This document shows, piece after piece, positions 10,262-22,966 of a stretch of 64,000 nt of DNA. The translations under genes and the position numbers were made by a program. Position 1 is the stretch's first letter; every line of letters begins with the position of its first letter. The notes under the pieces are model-generated. The model was not told the origin of the DNA. It did no database searches and worked only from the letters and a program-made list of their open reading frames with translations. The stretch is from an uncultured Gammaproteobacteria bacterium (lineage in GTDB: Bacteria; Pseudomonadota; Gammaproteobacteria; JABCZS01): the NCBI GenBank assembly GCA_963848305.1, contig CAWKDC010000001.1, positions 992,001 to 1,056,000 on the forward strand. Reading direction: 5' to 3'.

Positions 10262-12477
10262 TTATTTGACCAGCTTGATGTCGCCATCATCCTTGCGGGC
10301 AGAAGAAGCGGGAGCTTTAGCGGTGCCCACTTTGTCCTGAAATGCCTGCAATACCGGTAACGGATTTGTTTGATCAGCGAGCACAGAGGCAGTCCGGTTT
10401 GCTCCTGCCTCTTTTTCTTTATTAATTTCCTGAAGCTGCTCCTCTTTTTCATCCGCGAACTTCAGTTTTTCATGCGATGTTTCATCTTTGTTAGCAAGAA
10501 GCACTTTCGCAATGACTCCGCCCACGGCAGCAACGCCACCCAAAACAGCCAACACTGTCAGCGCTATCTTCGCACCAGCTGACAAGCTCATAAACGTAAT
10601 CCCTGCCATCCAGGCAGCCACCATAAATCCCCATATTGCCGTCGCAACAATGCCAATGGCTGTAGCGACAGTTGCGGCAGCCGTGCCAATCCCCGTGAAC
10701 ATCGTGCCTAGCCAGGCGCCCAATAATGGAACACCTGCGCCAACCGATGCGCCGATCAGTGCCCACCCAAAAATCACGGCGATGAGCAGTGCTGTCAAGA
10801 CATACAATCCTATCCGAAACGCTTCCCAAAAAGCATCGGCACTTTTGCCCTCAGAAACACCGAAGGGTTTTAGTATGCTGCGCAGTGTACTCGTGACAGC
10901 GCGAGAGAGCACGGTCGGAATGGTATCGAATACGCCGCGCAATATTTTGGTGGCGACGATGGCAGTCACGGTTCCCGAATGGTTTTCCCAGTTGATCGCT
11001 TGGCCATCCAGCAACCATTTCTCTGTTTTATTATCTTGGGTATAAGGACTCTGCTTGCCACCTCTTTCATTGAAACGATGATACAACTCAATCACAGAAT
11101 CTTCATCCACAGGCGAGGTGAGTTGATCCCACACATCTTCCAGGGCTGCCAATGTGTGATTGGCCAGAATGGCTGGGAATGAAAACACATTGACCAAAAA
11201 CGCTTCAAGTCCGTCAATGCCACGCTTGAGGCTGCCAATGAATCCTTCATCCGACCATTTATGGTGTTGGATCAGGAATTTGAACAAACCCACGGGCATC
11301 TTGACCAAAAGTTCCGCGGCATTGGCCCATAACCATGAGGCAGTTTTAATCAATTTGACTATGAACTGCCCTGGCCAGTAGCGCACTTTATCGCTCCAGT
11401 CACCCCAATTGAGCGGCTTGAGGCCCGCCTGTGCAAAATAACGATTAGCCGCGGTAGGCGCCATGGGCGTCTCGCCCATCACACGATCATACAGTGCTTT
11501 TCCTCCCACGACGAGCACGAGGTACTGTAAAAAAGGAATGGCCAGCAATAACCCTGCGGCACTGAGCAGAAAGTCCGCCCATCCAAACTCTTTAGCGCGA
11601 TGACTCTTATAAATACCCGTGCCATACAGCCCCGTGCCAAGCGGCCCCGACCATATCCCGTTTTCGCCACTTCGGCATTGTGGACGTCATGAATGAATTT
11701 GAGGGCTTTTTTCTCATTCGCTTGATCTTTCTCTGCCACCACGCTTTCCATGGGCGCGAAACCGCCATTTTCTTTAAATACCCTGAAGGTCTCAACGATA
11801 TCGTCCGAATAAGCATCAAGTTCGCGGGCGAGAACTTTTTCTCTGGCTTCAAGCTTTTTGATTTTATCTTGATCTCGTGTTGATTTTGCTTTTTCTGTGC
11901 CTAAATCATCCTTCACTTTTTTCAATTCAGTTGCTAACCACAAGGGCCATTGATCTGCATAATGTGAGCTCTTCTTTAAAGTATCCAGCGCTGCGGCTAC
12001 TGAAGTACCTGCGATACAAGCTGCGATGTAGGCTTCAGCATGAGCTGCAATGGCACTAACGTTGACTGAAGAAGACGCGACGGCGGTATGATTGGCTACG
12101 TCCAGCACAAAATTCATTGCGTTTTGAAAATAGATTAAGGGCGGGGCGTTGAAGTCGAGGGGTTTATTGCCATTTTCTTTTTTATACTCTTCCAACTCGC
12201 TACTACTTCCAGTCCCAGAAGTTGTTTTGAAAAATTCTGCGTTGGGCAGATCTGGAAAATCCGTTGCATCTTTTAAATTGCGTTCATAGTAAACATTTTC
12301 TTCTTTATTATCAACTCTTACCTTATCCCTCACATTCAAATCGGCAATAGGCACCGCGCGCAATGCGTTTTTACCATATCGGTAGGATCTTTCATACATG
12401 AGCGGATTATTATTATATTCTTTCATCCACTTGACGAGTTTATTGATTTTTTGTATCTGTTCTAAGGTAAACGCCAT
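10262..12477 (-). CDS. Large orphan membrane-anchored protein (effector-like), split by a frameshift near 11643
   Basis: ORFs 11479..12477 and 10262..11548 join in frame as YGRG(P)LGTGLYGTGIY..; hydrophilic N-half, multi-TM C-half. Confidence 0.65.
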
Positions 12478-12629
12478 CGCTGCCTCACTGCTATTCGTAC
12501 TTCACTTGATATACACCTTGATTAGAGCAGTATTGTAAAATGACCCACAACCAACCTGGTTTCTGGGGCACTTAATTGAGTCACATACTAAGTTAATAGT
12601 ATACCCAATTGCCTGATTCCGCAAATGCG

Positions 12630-12675
12630 GTAGGGGCGGCAACCTGTAAGGGGCAGCAGCATGCTGGACCCCTAC
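12630..12675. repeat. Degenerate GTAG-type REP-like palindromes
   Basis: gtaggggcggc fragment plus gtaaggggcagcagcatgctggacccctac, resembling the perfect palindrome at 48238. Confidence 0.55.
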
Positions 12676-12724
12676 AATGTAGACCCGCTTTGGGGTACAA
12701 TACCCTCCTGCCCAGGAGTACACC

Positions 12725-13960
12725 ATGCTGACAACCCCTTCCTATTCTCGCCGCCAGAGCCTGGCTGTGCACGTAGGCTCGGTCGAAGTCGGCGGGGGCG
12801 CGCCTATCGTCGTTCAATCCATGACGAACACCGATACGGCTGACATTCCCTCCACTGTCTCACAAATCAAGGCCTTGGCAGAAGCTGGATCTGAACTGAT
12901 CCGCATGACCGTCAACAATGACGCCGCAGCCAAAGCCGTGCCCCACATCCGTGAAGCGCTGGATAAAGCCGGTATTACCGTCCCCCTGATTGGCGATTTC
13001 CATTATAACGGTCACACGCTCCTCAAAGACAACCCGGATTGTGCAAAAGTGCTTGATAAATATCGCATTAATCCCGGCAATGTGGGGTTTGGACAAAAGC
13101 GGGATAAGCAATTTGCTGACATGATTGAAGTCGCCCTCCAACATGGAAAACCCGTCCGAATTGGGGTGAATTGGGGTAGCCTCGATCAAGACTTATTGGC
13201 CAAACTATTAGACGATAATGCAAGGCTCGCCACCCCACGCCCTTTAGGGGAAATCACCCAACAAGCGCTGATCACCTCTGCTTTGCAAAGTGCTAAATAC
13301 GCGGTGTCGCTTGGTATGCCGCGTGATCGCATTATTTTGGCCTGCAAGGTCAGCGTGGTGTCCGATTTGGTCTCTCTGTATCAAGCACTGGGTGCTGCCT
13401 GTGATTATCCCCTCCACCTTGGCTTAACCGAGGCCGGGATGGGCGATAAAGGGGTCGTGGCCACGACAGCAGCCCTATCGATTTTATTGCAGCAAGGCAT
13501 TGGCGATACCATTCGCGCCTCTCTTACGCCAAAACCCGGTGATTCACGCATTCGTGAAGTACAAGTCTGCCAAGAAATTTTACAATCCTTAGGCTTGCGT
13601 GCATTTGCGCCCAGCATCACCGCCTGCCCCGGTTGCGGCCGCACCACCAGCACTTATTTCCAACAACTGGCCGAAGACATTCAAACGTACACGCGTGAAC
13701 GCATGCCTCAATGGGCACTAACATACAAAGGCGTTGAAACACTGAAAGTCGCTGTGATGGGTTGCATTGTGAATGGACCCGGGGAAAGCAAACATGCCGA
13801 CATTGGGATCAGCTTGCCCGGCACGGGTGAATCCCCCGTCGCCCCCGTGTTTATCAACGGTGAAAAGGCGATGACATTGCGCGGCGAACATATCACGGCG
13901 GAGTTCAAAGAGATTTTGGAAAGGTATGTTGAAAGCACGTATGGATGTAGAAGCATGTGA
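12725..13960 (+). CDS. ispG: (E)-4-hydroxy-3-methylbut-2-enyl-diphosphate synthase
   Basis: [41 protein letters not shown]. Confidence 0.97.
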   Translation: MLTTPSYSRRQSLAVHVGSVEVGGGAPIVVQSMTNTDTADIPSTVSQIKALAEAGSELIRMTVNNDAAAKAVPHIREALDKAGITVPLIGDFHYNGHTLLKDNPDCAKVLDKYRINPGNVGFGQKRDKQFADMIEVALQHGKPVRIGVNWGSLDQDLLAKLLDDNARLATPRPLGEITQQALITSALQSAKYAVSLGMPRDRIILACKVSVVSDLVSLYQALGAACDYPLHLGLTEAGMGDKGVVATTAALSILLQQGIGDTIRASLTPKPGDSRIREVQVCQEILQSLGLRAFAPSITACPGCGRTTSTYFQQLAEDIQTYTRERMPQWALTYKGVETLKVAVMGCIVNGPGESKHADIGISLPGTGESPVAPVFINGEKAMTLRGEHITAEFKEILERYVESTYGCRSM

Positions 13961-14021
13961 AATGGTGCCTAATTAACACAAATTTGTTGATTTTTGAACC
14001 AAAAAGAGCTATTCTGAGAGC

Positions 14022-14342
14022 ATGGATGTAGAATTCGACTACAGCACCGAAAAAAGTGCAATACTCCTCAAAGAGCGTGGCATTGGATTTGATACAATCA
14101 TTCACTATATTAATAATGGTCATTTGATTGATACGATTCAACATCATCATAAAGAGAAATACGGACATCAATACTTTTATGCAGTAGATGTAGAGGGTTA
14201 CATTTATTTGGTACCGTTTGTGGTTAAAGATGAAAATAAGGTTTTTTTAAAGACTATTTTTCCGAGCAGAAAACATACAAAGCAATATGTTAAAAATTTT
14301 GAGAAACATAGAGGCAAAGATCATGGCGAAAAAACAAATTGA
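14022..14342 (+). CDS. BrnT-like (DUF497) type II toxin
   Basis: F.Y..EK...L.KERGIGF, YLVPFV, FLKTIFPSRK; AT-rich. Confidence 0.82.
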   Translation: MDVEFDYSTEKSAILLKERGIGFDTIIHYINNGHLIDTIQHHHKEKYGHQYFYAVDVEGYIYLVPFVVKDENKVFLKTIFPSRKHTKQYVKNFEKHRGKDHGEKTN

Positions 14343-14634
14343 AATTGATGATATCGATCAATATGAAGACGACATTTTGAAAGATTTTGAAGCAGGAAAA
14401 TTTGTTTCGGTCACAAATCTTGATGAGGAAATGCACCGCGCGCGCGAAGCGGCAAGCCGCTTTGTGAAACGAGACAATCGAGTGAATCTCAGAATTTCAT
14501 CAGCCGATCTCAACATGGTTCGAAAGCTGGCAGTCGAAGAGGGTATCCCTTATCAGACATTGATGGCCAGTGTTATCCACAAATTCGTTTCAGGACGTCT
14601 CATCGAGGCTCCAAAAACGAAGAGAAAAGAATGA
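14323..14634 (+). CDS. CopG/RHH-type antitoxin (BrnA-like)
   Basis: acidic N-terminus, RVNLRIS..DL...A.EEGIPYQTLMASVIHKF; overlaps toxin. Confidence 0.82.
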   Translation: MAKKQIEIDDIDQYEDDILKDFEAGKFVSVTNLDEEMHRAREAASRFVKRDNRVNLRISSADLNMVRKLAVEEGIPYQTLMASVIHKFVSGRLIEAPKTKRKE

Positions 14635-15263
14635 TACAAGGAAAGTTCATGCCACTCACCATCATCCTCGCCACTGGCAACCATGGGAAACTCCGCGAAT
14701 TCTCGGAAATATTTTCGCCTTTGCCGATCCAAATCAAACCACAATCCGACTGGAATGTTTCACCTGTTGAAGAAACCGGGCTGACATTTGTCGAAAATGC
14801 CTTGATCAAAGCGCGACATGCCAGTATTGAAACCGGCTTGCCCACCCTCGCCGATGATTCCGGATTGGTTGTCGACGCGCTCGGCGGCCGCCCTGGTATT
14901 TATTCCTCACGTTATGCGGGTGAAAATGCAGGCGAACATGCCTACACCGCGAAATTGTTGCACGAGATGCAAGACATTCCACCTGCAGAACGCACAGCAC
15001 GTTTTGTATGTGTGTTGGCGTTTTTGCAACACCCTGAAGATCCCATGCCTATCATTACCCAAGCCACATGGGAAGGCACGATTTTAACGGAGCGTCGCGG
15101 ACATGGCGGTTTCGGGTATGATCCTGTTTTTTTTGTACCACATGAAAATTGTTCTGCTGCCGAATTAGACAGCCGCCGCAAACATGAACTCTCCCACCGC
15201 GGCCGCGCGACACAGTTAATGTTAAAAGCGCTAGAAAAGTATTTGCATGCACACCCACTTTAA
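14631..15263 (+). CDS. rdgB: Non-canonical purine NTP pyrophosphatase (HAM1)
   Basis: LATGNHGKLRE, ADDSGL, GFGYDPVF, SHRGRA; start may be 14649. Confidence 0.96.
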   Translation: MIQGKFMPLTIILATGNHGKLREFSEIFSPLPIQIKPQSDWNVSPVEETGLTFVENALIKARHASIETGLPTLADDSGLVVDALGGRPGIYSSRYAGENAGEHAYTAKLLHEMQDIPPAERTARFVCVLAFLQHPEDPMPIITQATWEGTILTERRGHGGFGYDPVFFVPHENCSAAELDSRRKHELSHRGRATQLMLKALEKYLHAHPL

Positions 15264-16397
15264 TACTATTCCGCTATCACTGTACATTCACCTCCCGTGG
15301 TGCATTCAGAAATGTCCCTATTGTGATTTTAATTCATATGGCATCACGCAACACCCGATGAATGAAGCAGCATATGTGAAAGCGTTGTTATCAGATTTCA
15401 CTGAAACATTGCCACTGATATGGGCCGTCGTTTCGTGAGTATTTTTTTTGGCGGCGGCACACCGAGTTTATTTTCTGCCGAATCGATCGATGAGATTTTA
15501 ACGGGTATTGAAACGTTACTACCGTTCAGTCGCGAACATATTGAAATCACGCTGGAAGCAAACCCTGGCACATTTGAATATGAAAAATTCTCTGATTTTA
15601 AGTCGGCAGGAATCAATCGCATTTCATTGGGCGTGCAAAGTTTTGATGATCAGCAATTGAAAACATTAGGCCGCATCCATTCTGGTAGCAATGCAAAGGA
15701 AGCCGCACAGGCTTTGCGCAGGTTGAATTTGAATTTCAACATCGATTTAATGTATGGATTGCCTCGCCAAACAGTGGATGCTGCTTTACTTGATTTGGAA
15801 ACAGCCATTGCCTTTTCCCCCAATCATTTATCTTGGTACCATTTAACAATGGAACCGAATACCGTTTTTTACCGAAAACCCCCTGAAGGATTACCGACTG
15901 ATGATCATGTTGCAGATATCGAGGAAGCTGGGCGCGCGTATTTGCGTTCGAAGCAATTTTTTCAATATGAAGTCTCTGCGTATGCATTGAATGGTTTTGA
16001 ATCTGTGCACAATCTGAATTATTGGACATTCGGTGATTACGTCGGCATTGGTGCCGGTGCACATGGCAAAATAACGGATTTATCAACTTGCACGATCACA
16101 CGTTACACCAAACAGAAAATTCCCGCAAATTATTTAAACCCCGATGTACCCTTTACGAGTAGCACGCGTGTTTTAACACGAGATGAGTTGCCGGTTGAAT
16201 TCATGATGAATGCTTTACGCTTGAAAAATGGATTTGATTTAATCGATTTTGAATCACGCACAGGGTTGAGCCGTTCTGCCGTATTGCCTGTCTTGCAGCG
16301 TGCCGCGGACTCAGGCTTATTGATCATCACTGATCAACATGTACAGCCCAGTGAAAAGGGGTTTTTGTTTTTGAATGATTTGTTGGGGTTGTTTTAA
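15247..16397 (+). CDS. hemW: Radical SAM heme chaperone HemW, frameshift near 15422
   Basis: YIHLPWCIQKCPYCDFN, FFGGGTPS, EANP, HNLNYWTFGDY; follows rdgB. Confidence 0.93.
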
Positions 16398-16457
16398 TGA
16401 AAAGGGCAGCCCCTACACCTAATGACGCAACAAAGCCCTTTAGAAAAGGGCGCAGCT

Positions 16458-17393
16458 TCATTTTAACAGCATCGCCAACACAGCCATTCTCACGGCCAAT
16501 CCGTAGGTGACTTGTTTTAAAATCAAGGATTGGGCGCTGTCGGCGACTTCGCTGGCAATTTCCACTTCGCGGTTGATCGGGCCGGGATGCATCACTATCG
16601 CGTCTTTATTCGCGTGGCGCAAACGATCGAGTGTGATCCCAAATTGTTTAAAATATTCGGCTGGATCTATATTCAAACGATCCATGCGTTCGTGTTGAAC
16701 ACGCAGCGTGATGATCACATCAGTGCCGGTGATCCCGGTTTGTAAATCAGTAAAACAACGTGCATGCTTTGACAGCGGTTGCTCGGGCATCAATTCAGCG
16801 GGGGCAACCAAATGAAGTGCTTTCACGCCCATGGCTTCTAATCCCGCGACTTGTGAGCGTGCGACGCGTGAATGTAAAATATCCCCGACAATCGCGACGG
16901 TTAATTGCGACACATCGCCTTTGTGTCGACGGATCGTCAGTAAGTCTAATAAAGCTTGCGTGGGATGCGCATGCGCACCATCTCCCGCATTCAATACCAC
17001 TCGGGTATCATCGAGTGAGGCCAAATACTCGGCAGTCCCTTCTTTGGGATGACGCACGACAATTGCATCACATTGCATGGCGAGCATGGTTAAGTAGGTG
17101 TCTTTGATGGATTCACCCTTTTGTGTGGAGGACTGCTCAATGTCCAAATTGATCACCCAAGCGCCCAATTTTTTCGCGGCCAACTCGAAGGTACTGCGCG
17201 TACGAGTGCTCGGTTCAAAAAATAAATTCGCGACCGTTTTGCCTTCCAATAATTTGGGGCCACTGACGCGCCCATCGGGACCAATGAAAGATTCGGCTTT
17301 GTCTAAAATCCGGTTGATCAGCGCTTTGTCCAACCCATCCATGCTCAATAAATGTTTGAGATTGCCTTGTTGATCGAATTGTGAAGATTTCAT
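16458..17393 (-). CDS. pyrB: Aspartate carbamoyltransferase catalytic subunit
   Basis: FFEPSTRTR, NAGDG.H.HPTQALLD, MHPGPINR. Confidence 0.97.
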   Translation of the reverse strand: MKSSQFDQQGNLKHLLSMDGLDKALINRILDKAESFIGPDGRVSGPKLLEGKTVANLFFEPSTRTRSTFELAAKKLGAWVINLDIEQSSTQKGESIKDTYLTMLAMQCDAIVVRHPKEGTAEYLASLDDTRVVLNAGDGAHAHPTQALLDLLTIRRHKGDVSQLTVAIVGDILHSRVARSQVAGLEAMGVKALHLVAPAELMPEQPLSKHARCFTDLQTGITGTDVIITLRVQHERMDRLNIDPAEYFKQFGITLDRLRHANKDAIVMHPGPINREVEIASEVADSAQSLILKQVTYGLAVRMAVLAMLLK

Positions 17394-17827
17394 CAGTAAA
17401 ATTCCTCCAGCCATGCTTCCAATAAAATTTTCGCTGCAACAGCATCAATCGATGTTTTTTTCAACGCCTTATATCCACCAGATTCAAATATTCGCGCGCG
17501 CGCTTCCACCGTGGTTAACCGCTCATCCACTCCAAACACCGGCAAACCGCATTTGTCCTTCAGCTTGTCGATGAAAGCACGCGCATTCAGCGTCATTTTT
17601 TGCTCAGTGCCATCCATATTCAGAGGCACACCAACGACCAATGCCTTCGGACGCCACTTCTTGATCATTGATTCCAACAAATCCCAGCGCGGCTCGCCAT
17701 TCTCCGCGGGGATCATGCCTTCAGGATGCGCCGTTTTCGTGACCGTTTGACCGACAGCCACGCCGATGCGCTTCAACCCGAAGTCGAAGGACATGATGAT
17801 ACCTTGTGGTTTAAGCGTGTCCGACAT
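17393..17827 (-). CDS. ruvX: Holliday junction resolvase-like RuvX/YqgF
   Basis: FDFGLKRIGVAVGQ, VGVPLNMDG, DERLTT, IDAVAA. Confidence 0.95.
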   Translation of the reverse strand: MSDTLKPQGIIMSFDFGLKRIGVAVGQTVTKTAHPEGMIPAENGEPRWDLLESMIKKWRPKALVVGVPLNMDGTEQKMTLNARAFIDKLKDKCGLPVFGVDERLTTVEARARIFESGGYKALKKTSIDAVAAKILLEAWLEEFY

Positions 17828-18382
17828 CGTATGATAAATAATTGAAATCAATACCCATAAGGGCAGCGGCCATCGTCCAGCGATCAAACGAGGGGCAATC
17901 AAATAAAATGCTGGGGGAAGCAGGCATGGTCAGCCAAACATTGTCAGCAATTTCTTGCTCCAACTGACCCGGCTGCCATTTGGCACAACCAAAGCACACC
18001 AGCGATTCTTCCAGGGGCCATGGCCATTGGCTAAATCGTGCAGCATGTCTTGCGAGGTGGTAAATGCCAGAGATTCACCAATTGAGCGCGTATTTGCCCA
18101 ATGACCAATGGAGCGATGCACCACAAACCCTTTCTCACGTTCACAAGGCCCACCCCATAAAATGGGTGAGTTCAAGGTGCGATTGTCGCTGGATTTGGAG
18201 AGATGCCCCATGAAGCTGAGGATATCTGCTAACGATATTTGCATGTGCTTATTGATCACCAAACCCATTGCGCCAGCGCGATTGTGTTCACAGATCAGTA
18301 CGACTGAATGTTCAAAACGTGGATCATCCATAGTGGGCATGGCGACCAATAAATGATTGCTCAAATACATTGCGTGTGACAT
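17811..18382 (-). CDS. yqgE: YqgE/AlgH family protein, frameshift near 18012
   Basis: LLVAMP..DPRF..SVVLICEH, GGP, W.PGQLEQEI..NVWL; yqgE-ruvX-pyrB synteny. Confidence 0.92.
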
Positions 18383-18394
18383 TTTCGAGATCTC

Positions 18395-19660
18395 CTATTC
18401 TATTGCAGACAACACCCGCCCAAGCACTCCCTGCTCGGACTGCAAATACGCCGTGGCGGCGCTGATGCGCGCCATGCGTAACGATTGGTCGCTCCATAAC
18501 TGCAGCACAGCTTGGGCCAATGCCTCAGGTGTTTCCACCACGGCCATGGCACCCCTAGCCTGCAATGCATCCGTCACTGTTTTAAAATTGTGCAAATAAG
18601 GACCCGTTAAGATCGCACAATCCATTTGAGCGGCCTCCAACACATTATGCCCACCTACCGGCACCAAACTACCACCAATCATGGCAACAAACACCGCACC
18701 ATAATACGCTAACACTTCGCCCATGGTATCACCTAAATAAACCTGTGTCTGCAAGCCAATGCCCTCGCCGAGGCTACGCCTTTGTACCTGAAACCCTTCA
18801 GACATACACAGATCATACACGGTATCAAAACGCTCAGGGTGTCGAGGAACTAAAATCAAAACGGCTTTGGGAAATTTTTTCAAAATGATTTGAAAAGCAG
18901 ATAACACAATATCTTCCTCGCCTTCATGCGTACTCGTGGCAGCAAATGCAGGCCTATCACCCAACATATGACGCAACACTTCCGCGGTTTCTTTGAGGGA
19001 TTGCGGCACATCTGCATCGCATTTTAAATTACCTGTCACCGTGATGTTGGCTAAAGGAACACCCAGCGCAATGAGCCGATCAGCATCACTCTGCCCCTGC
19101 GCACAAATATGCGTGACGCAATCTAGCACGGGCTTAAAAAACCATCGCCATTGCTGATACCCTTTAAAGGATTTTTCAGACAGACGCGTATTGACCATGT
19201 ATAAGGGGATCCCTCGAGCATGAATGGCGTGGAATAAATTCGGCCACCACTCGGTTTCCATGATGATCACTTTGCTCGGCTTCAACACATCGAGAAAACG
19301 TTCGACAGCAAATGGATAATCGTAGGGCAAATACAAATGTGTCACCCGCTGATCGAATAAACGTTGCCCACACTCAAGACCTGTCGGCGTCATGTGGGTG
19401 AGAATGATGGAGTGCCCCTGTTTTAATAAGGCTTCAATCAGAGGTGCGGCTGCCATGGTTTCACCGACAGACACCGCGTGAATAATGATGGCACCGGTTG
19501 GGAATGATTCATCCCCAAAAATGGCCAAACGTTGTGATATGCCAGAATAATAACCGCTGCAACGGTGGCCGCGCCATAATAAACGCAAAAAGACAAATGG
19601 CAGTAATAGCCACAATAAGCCTCGGTATATCCATATTCCCCAGTGGGATTTTTTATCCAT
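18395..19660 (-). CDS. waaA: 3-deoxy-D-manno-octulosonic acid transferase
   Basis: HAVSVGE, YLPYD, METE.WPN, PRHPERF, GDTMGE, GGHN.LEAA. Confidence 0.96.
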   Translation of the reverse strand: MDKKSHWGIWIYRGLLWLLLPFVFLRLLWRGHRCSGYYSGISQRLAIFGDESFPTGAIIIHAVSVGETMAAAPLIEALLKQGHSIILTHMTPTGLECGQRLFDQRVTHLYLPYDYPFAVERFLDVLKPSKVIIMETEWWPNLFHAIHARGIPLYMVNTRLSEKSFKGYQQWRWFFKPVLDCVTHICAQGQSDADRLIALGVPLANITVTGNLKCDADVPQSLKETAEVLRHMLGDRPAFAATSTHEGEEDIVLSAFQIILKKFPKAVLILVPRHPERFDTVYDLCMSEGFQVQRRSLGEGIGLQTQVYLGDTMGEVLAYYGAVFVAMIGGSLVPVGGHNVLEAAQMDCAILTGPYLHNFKTVTDALQARGAMAVVETPEALAQAVLQLWSDQSLRMARISAATAYLQSEQGVLGRVLSAIE

Positions 19661-20591
19661 GACGCATGCTTTCAAGATATGATGTGACACCCTCTTCCAC
19701 TGTTGCGAATGGTGCTTGATACCCTGCCGCACGCAATGCGGTGATATCGGCTTCGGTAAAACTTTGGTAACGACCCTTCAAGTGTTCAGGAAAACGAATG
19801 TATTCGATGCTGCCCTTACCATGAAACGCAATCACGCTGCGCGCGATGTCGTTGAAGGTTTGACTACGCCCTGTACCACAATTAAAAATGCCTGATGTCT
19901 TGGGATGAGCCCAAAACCATAAATTGACTTTCACGACATCGTCGACATAAATAAAATCCCGGCGCTGTTCGCCATTCCCGTATCCATCACACCCTTCAAA
20001 TAATTTGACAGTGCCGGTTTCAAGGATTTGTTGGTGGTGATGAAACGCCACACTCGACATCGTGCCTTTATGCTGTTCATGTGGCCCATACACATTGAAA
20101 TAACGCAGCCCAACAATTTGGCTTTTCGCCGTCGGCAATAGTGTGCGGACATATTGATCGAATAAAAATTTGGAATAACCATATACATTTAATGGTTTTT
20201 CATATTCGAGTGATTCTTTGAACACGCTGCCACCGCCATAAACCGCTGCGCTGGATGCGTAAATAAAGGGGATGTTTGAATCTAAACAAAAATGCAACAA
20301 TACTTTCGAAAATTCATAATTGTTTTCCATCATGAATTTGCCATTCCATTCTGTTGTGTCAGAACAAGCTCCTTCATGAAAAATCACATCGATTTTTTCT
20401 TCATTGAATTCGAGGTAATCAAAAAAGTCGTCTTTGTCGATATAATCGGCAATCTTCAGATCAACAAGGTTCACAAATTTTTTGCCATCCGTTAAATCAT
20501 CGACGACAACAATATCTGTTCGTCCCATCCCGTTCAAACCTTTCACGATTTGACTGCCAATAAACCCTGCGCCACCGGTGACAATGATCAT
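19653..20591 (-). CDS. hldD: ADP-glyceromanno-heptose 6-epimerase
   Basis: [38 protein letters not shown]. Confidence 0.97.
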   Translation of the reverse strand: MIIVTGGAGFIGSQIVKGLNGMGRTDIVVVDDLTDGKKFVNLVDLKIADYIDKDDFFDYLEFNEEKIDVIFHEGACSDTTEWNGKFMMENNYEFSKVLLHFCLDSNIPFIYASSAAVYGGGSVFKESLEYEKPLNVYGYSKFLFDQYVRTLLPTAKSQIVGLRYFNVYGPHEQHKGTMSSVAFHHHQQILETGTVKLFEGCDGYGNGEQRRDFIYVDDVVKVNLWFWAHPKTSGIFNCGTGRSQTFNDIARSVIAFHGKGSIEYIRFPEHLKGRYQSFTEADITALRAAGYQAPFATVEEGVTSYLESMRHG

Positions 20592-22009
20592 TCTGCAGCC
20601 TCTCTTTGCGTGATAATTCTTTCGACCAAACCAGTCGTGGAACAACCGGGTTTGAAGGGTAATATGATCACTTCGCCCCCGGCTTTCAATACAGCTTCAT
20701 GGCCTGCAATGTCTTCAACAGCATAATCGCCGCCTTTGACCAAAACATCCGGCAACACGGCTTCAATCAGTGCAGCTGGCGTGTCTTCCGTAAAAGACAC
20801 AACCCAAGAAACCGCGCTCATCGCAGCCAAAATGCTCATGCGATCAGCCACTGTATTCAGGGGACGGGTGCTGCCCTTTAAACGACGAACTGAATTATCG
20901 TCATTCACAGCGATGATCAATTCATCACCCAAGTTTTTTGCCTGCGTTAAATATTGCACATGCCCCGCATGCAGGATATCGAAACAACCATTCGTCATCA
21001 CAACGCGTTTGCCCGCTGCTTTTGCGCGAGACACCGCTTGCAAGAGTTGTTCCTTCATCACAATCTTATCGATGCTGGCATAAGACAAGGCGTGATTGAG
21101 TTCTTCATGAGAAACTGTGGCGGTACCTAATTTTGCCACCACTAACCCGGCTGCAATATTGGCCCATTGCGCAGCTTGAGCCATTGTCACACCGCCCGCC
21201 ACCGCAGTGGCAAATACTGCCAATACGGTATCCCCCGCGCCTGTCACATCATACACTTCACGTGCAGTGGCTTTGAAGAACAACATGCTTTCGCGTGTGA
21301 TCAACACCATGCCTGCTTCACCACGCGTGATCAGCAGGGCTTCCAATGCGTGAGCATTGATCAGGCCGCGGGCTTTCTCAAGCATGTCATCGTCAGATGA
21401 GACTGGCCCAACCGCTTGCTCAAATTCTTTCCAATTGGGCGTGATCACATGCGCGCCATGATAATGCGCATAATTTGATATTTTAGGATCGACAAAAACA
21501 AATTTCTGATGTTCTTTTGCCACAGCAATCAGCTGAGCGGCATTCGCCAAAACCCCTTTACCGTAATCAGAAAATACCACCAAATCAACGTCGAGATGAG
21601 ATTCAAACACAGACAACAAGGCACCATCCAACACCTGCGCGGGTTGTTGTTCTTCAAAATCCAAGCGGATCAGTTGTTGATGGTGGCTTAATACACGCCA
21701 TTTTAAGGTGGTCGGTGCATCAGTGGTGATGGGAAAAAATTGAATGCCCTTCTCTTCGAGTTGTTGTTGAAGGGTGATGGCAGCTTCGTCGCGGCCGACG
21801 GCGCCAATCAAGGTCACCTTGGCGCCCAATGCTGCAATGTTCATGGCCACGTTGGCGGCTCCGCCCGGAACCTTCCGCTGCCCTTTCACCTTCACCACTG
21901 GCACAGGTGCTTCAGGAGAAATGCGGGTTGCCTGCCCATCCCAATAACAATCGAGCATCACGTCGCCCACAACGAGAACGTGTTTATCAGAAAAATCAAT
22001 CAGTTGCAT
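20588..22009 (-). CDS. hldE: Bifunctional heptose-7-phosphate kinase / heptose-1-phosphate adenylyltransferase
   Basis: [35 protein letters not shown]. Confidence 0.97.
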   Translation of the reverse strand: MQLIDFSDKHVLVVGDVMLDCYWDGQATRISPEAPVPVVKVKGQRKVPGGAANVAMNIAALGAKVTLIGAVGRDEAAITLQQQLEEKGIQFFPITTDAPTTLKWRVLSHHQQLIRLDFEEQQPAQVLDGALLSVFESHLDVDLVVFSDYGKGVLANAAQLIAVAKEHQKFVFVDPKISNYAHYHGAHVITPNWKEFEQAVGPVSSDDDMLEKARGLINAHALEALLITRGEAGMVLITRESMLFFKATAREVYDVTGAGDTVLAVFATAVAGGVTMAQAAQWANIAAGLVVAKLGTATVSHEELNHALSYASIDKIVMKEQLLQAVSRAKAAGKRVVMTNGCFDILHAGHVQYLTQAKNLGDELIIAVNDDNSVRRLKGSTRPLNTVADRMSILAAMSAVSWVVSFTEDTPAALIEAVLPDVLVKGGDYAVEDIAGHEAVLKAGGEVIILPFKPGCSTTGLVERIITQREAAE

Positions 22010-22182
22010 GAGGTTTCCTGTCTGTAGGCCTGGTTCAATTCAGCGGCTGCTTATGATAGCACACCTCCTGCCCAGAATGGAATGAGCCAGTCGCCCATAT
22101 CTTGTAATGAATCGCCCACAATATCTGTACCAAAGCCACAGAAATACAAATGGTTACCCATGGGTCGCCGTCTGACAACGCA

Positions 22183-22530
22183 TTATCCCACGGACCGAAA
22201 AGTGAGCGTCAGCATGAGCGGTGGAACAACCAATAATGGAAACCGTGTGATCAGCATGGCTGTTTTTTGGCTGATGCTCTCGGTGTCTTTCCAAACTGTC
22301 CAATAGCCTTTGATCACAGCACTGTTGGGAGAAGATTGAAACTGACGCCGCATGGCTTCTTTTTTGAGCAATGCTGCATAAGACAACATCGCAACAGCCA
22401 TCGTCATGGGGATGGCTGAGCCCTCTCCGTCCATCCATACCCATGTGGAAAATGACCATAAAACGCTCGAGCTAACGATGATGAAATGATGGGCGCCATC
22501 GCGCGCCCAATCGGGGACGGATTGAAACAT
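22183..22530 (-). CDS. Small hypothetical membrane protein
   Basis: 115-aa ORF with 2-3 hydrophobic segments directly downstream of the HTH gene. Confidence 0.45.
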   Translation of the reverse strand: MFQSVPDWARDGAHHFIIVSSSVLWSFSTWVWMDGEGSAIPMTMAVAMLSYAALLKKEAMRRQFQSSPNSAVIKGYWTVWKDTESISQKTAMLITRFPLLVVPPLMLTLTFRSVG

Positions 22531-22556
22531 AAAGACCTGCCTATTTATTATTTTTG

Positions 22557-22910
22557 TTATGAATGCTTGAGTACAAGCATATCGAGCGGAATATTAAGCC
22601 CTTCCGCAATATTTTTCAAGACATTTTTGCTGCCCGAACGAATATGATGCTCGAGTTGAGATAAATAAGGCACACTGATCTGCGCCACCTTTGCTAAGGC
22701 CGCTTGAGATAACCCTCGATACTCACGCCAAACCCGAATAGGACTTTCCCCTTGTGCAATCCGAGCAGCAAATCGCTCGGGCAACAGTGCAACCGGTGTG
22801 GCTTGCGGCTGTTTGGCCAAGAAGATCAGTTTTAAATATTCACCATAAGGCAGTACAGCCCACTGGGGTTCGCCTGAGGAGGGAATAAATTGCACGTCAT
22901 TTAACGCCAT
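22557..22910 (-). CDS. XRE-family HTH regulator, HigA-like antitoxin fold
   Basis: VQFI...GEPQWAVLPYGEYLKL N-terminus and SPIRVWREYRGLSQ..LA....IS.PYLSQLE HTH_3 domain. Confidence 0.88.
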   Translation of the reverse strand: MALNDVQFIPSSGEPQWAVLPYGEYLKLIFLAKQPQATPVALLPERFAARIAQGESPIRVWREYRGLSQAALAKVAQISVPYLSQLEHHIRSGSKNVLKNIAEGLNIPLDMLVLKHS

Positions 22911-22935
22911 ACCATTCCCGTAGGGAGATTTTCAG

Positions 22936-22966
22936 AAAAAGACCCCCCGCCTTGTGGGAGGGGGGT
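22936..22966 (-). terminator. Intrinsic terminator
   Basis: minus strand acccccc-tcccacaaggc-ggggggt followed by cttttt. Confidence 0.75.
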
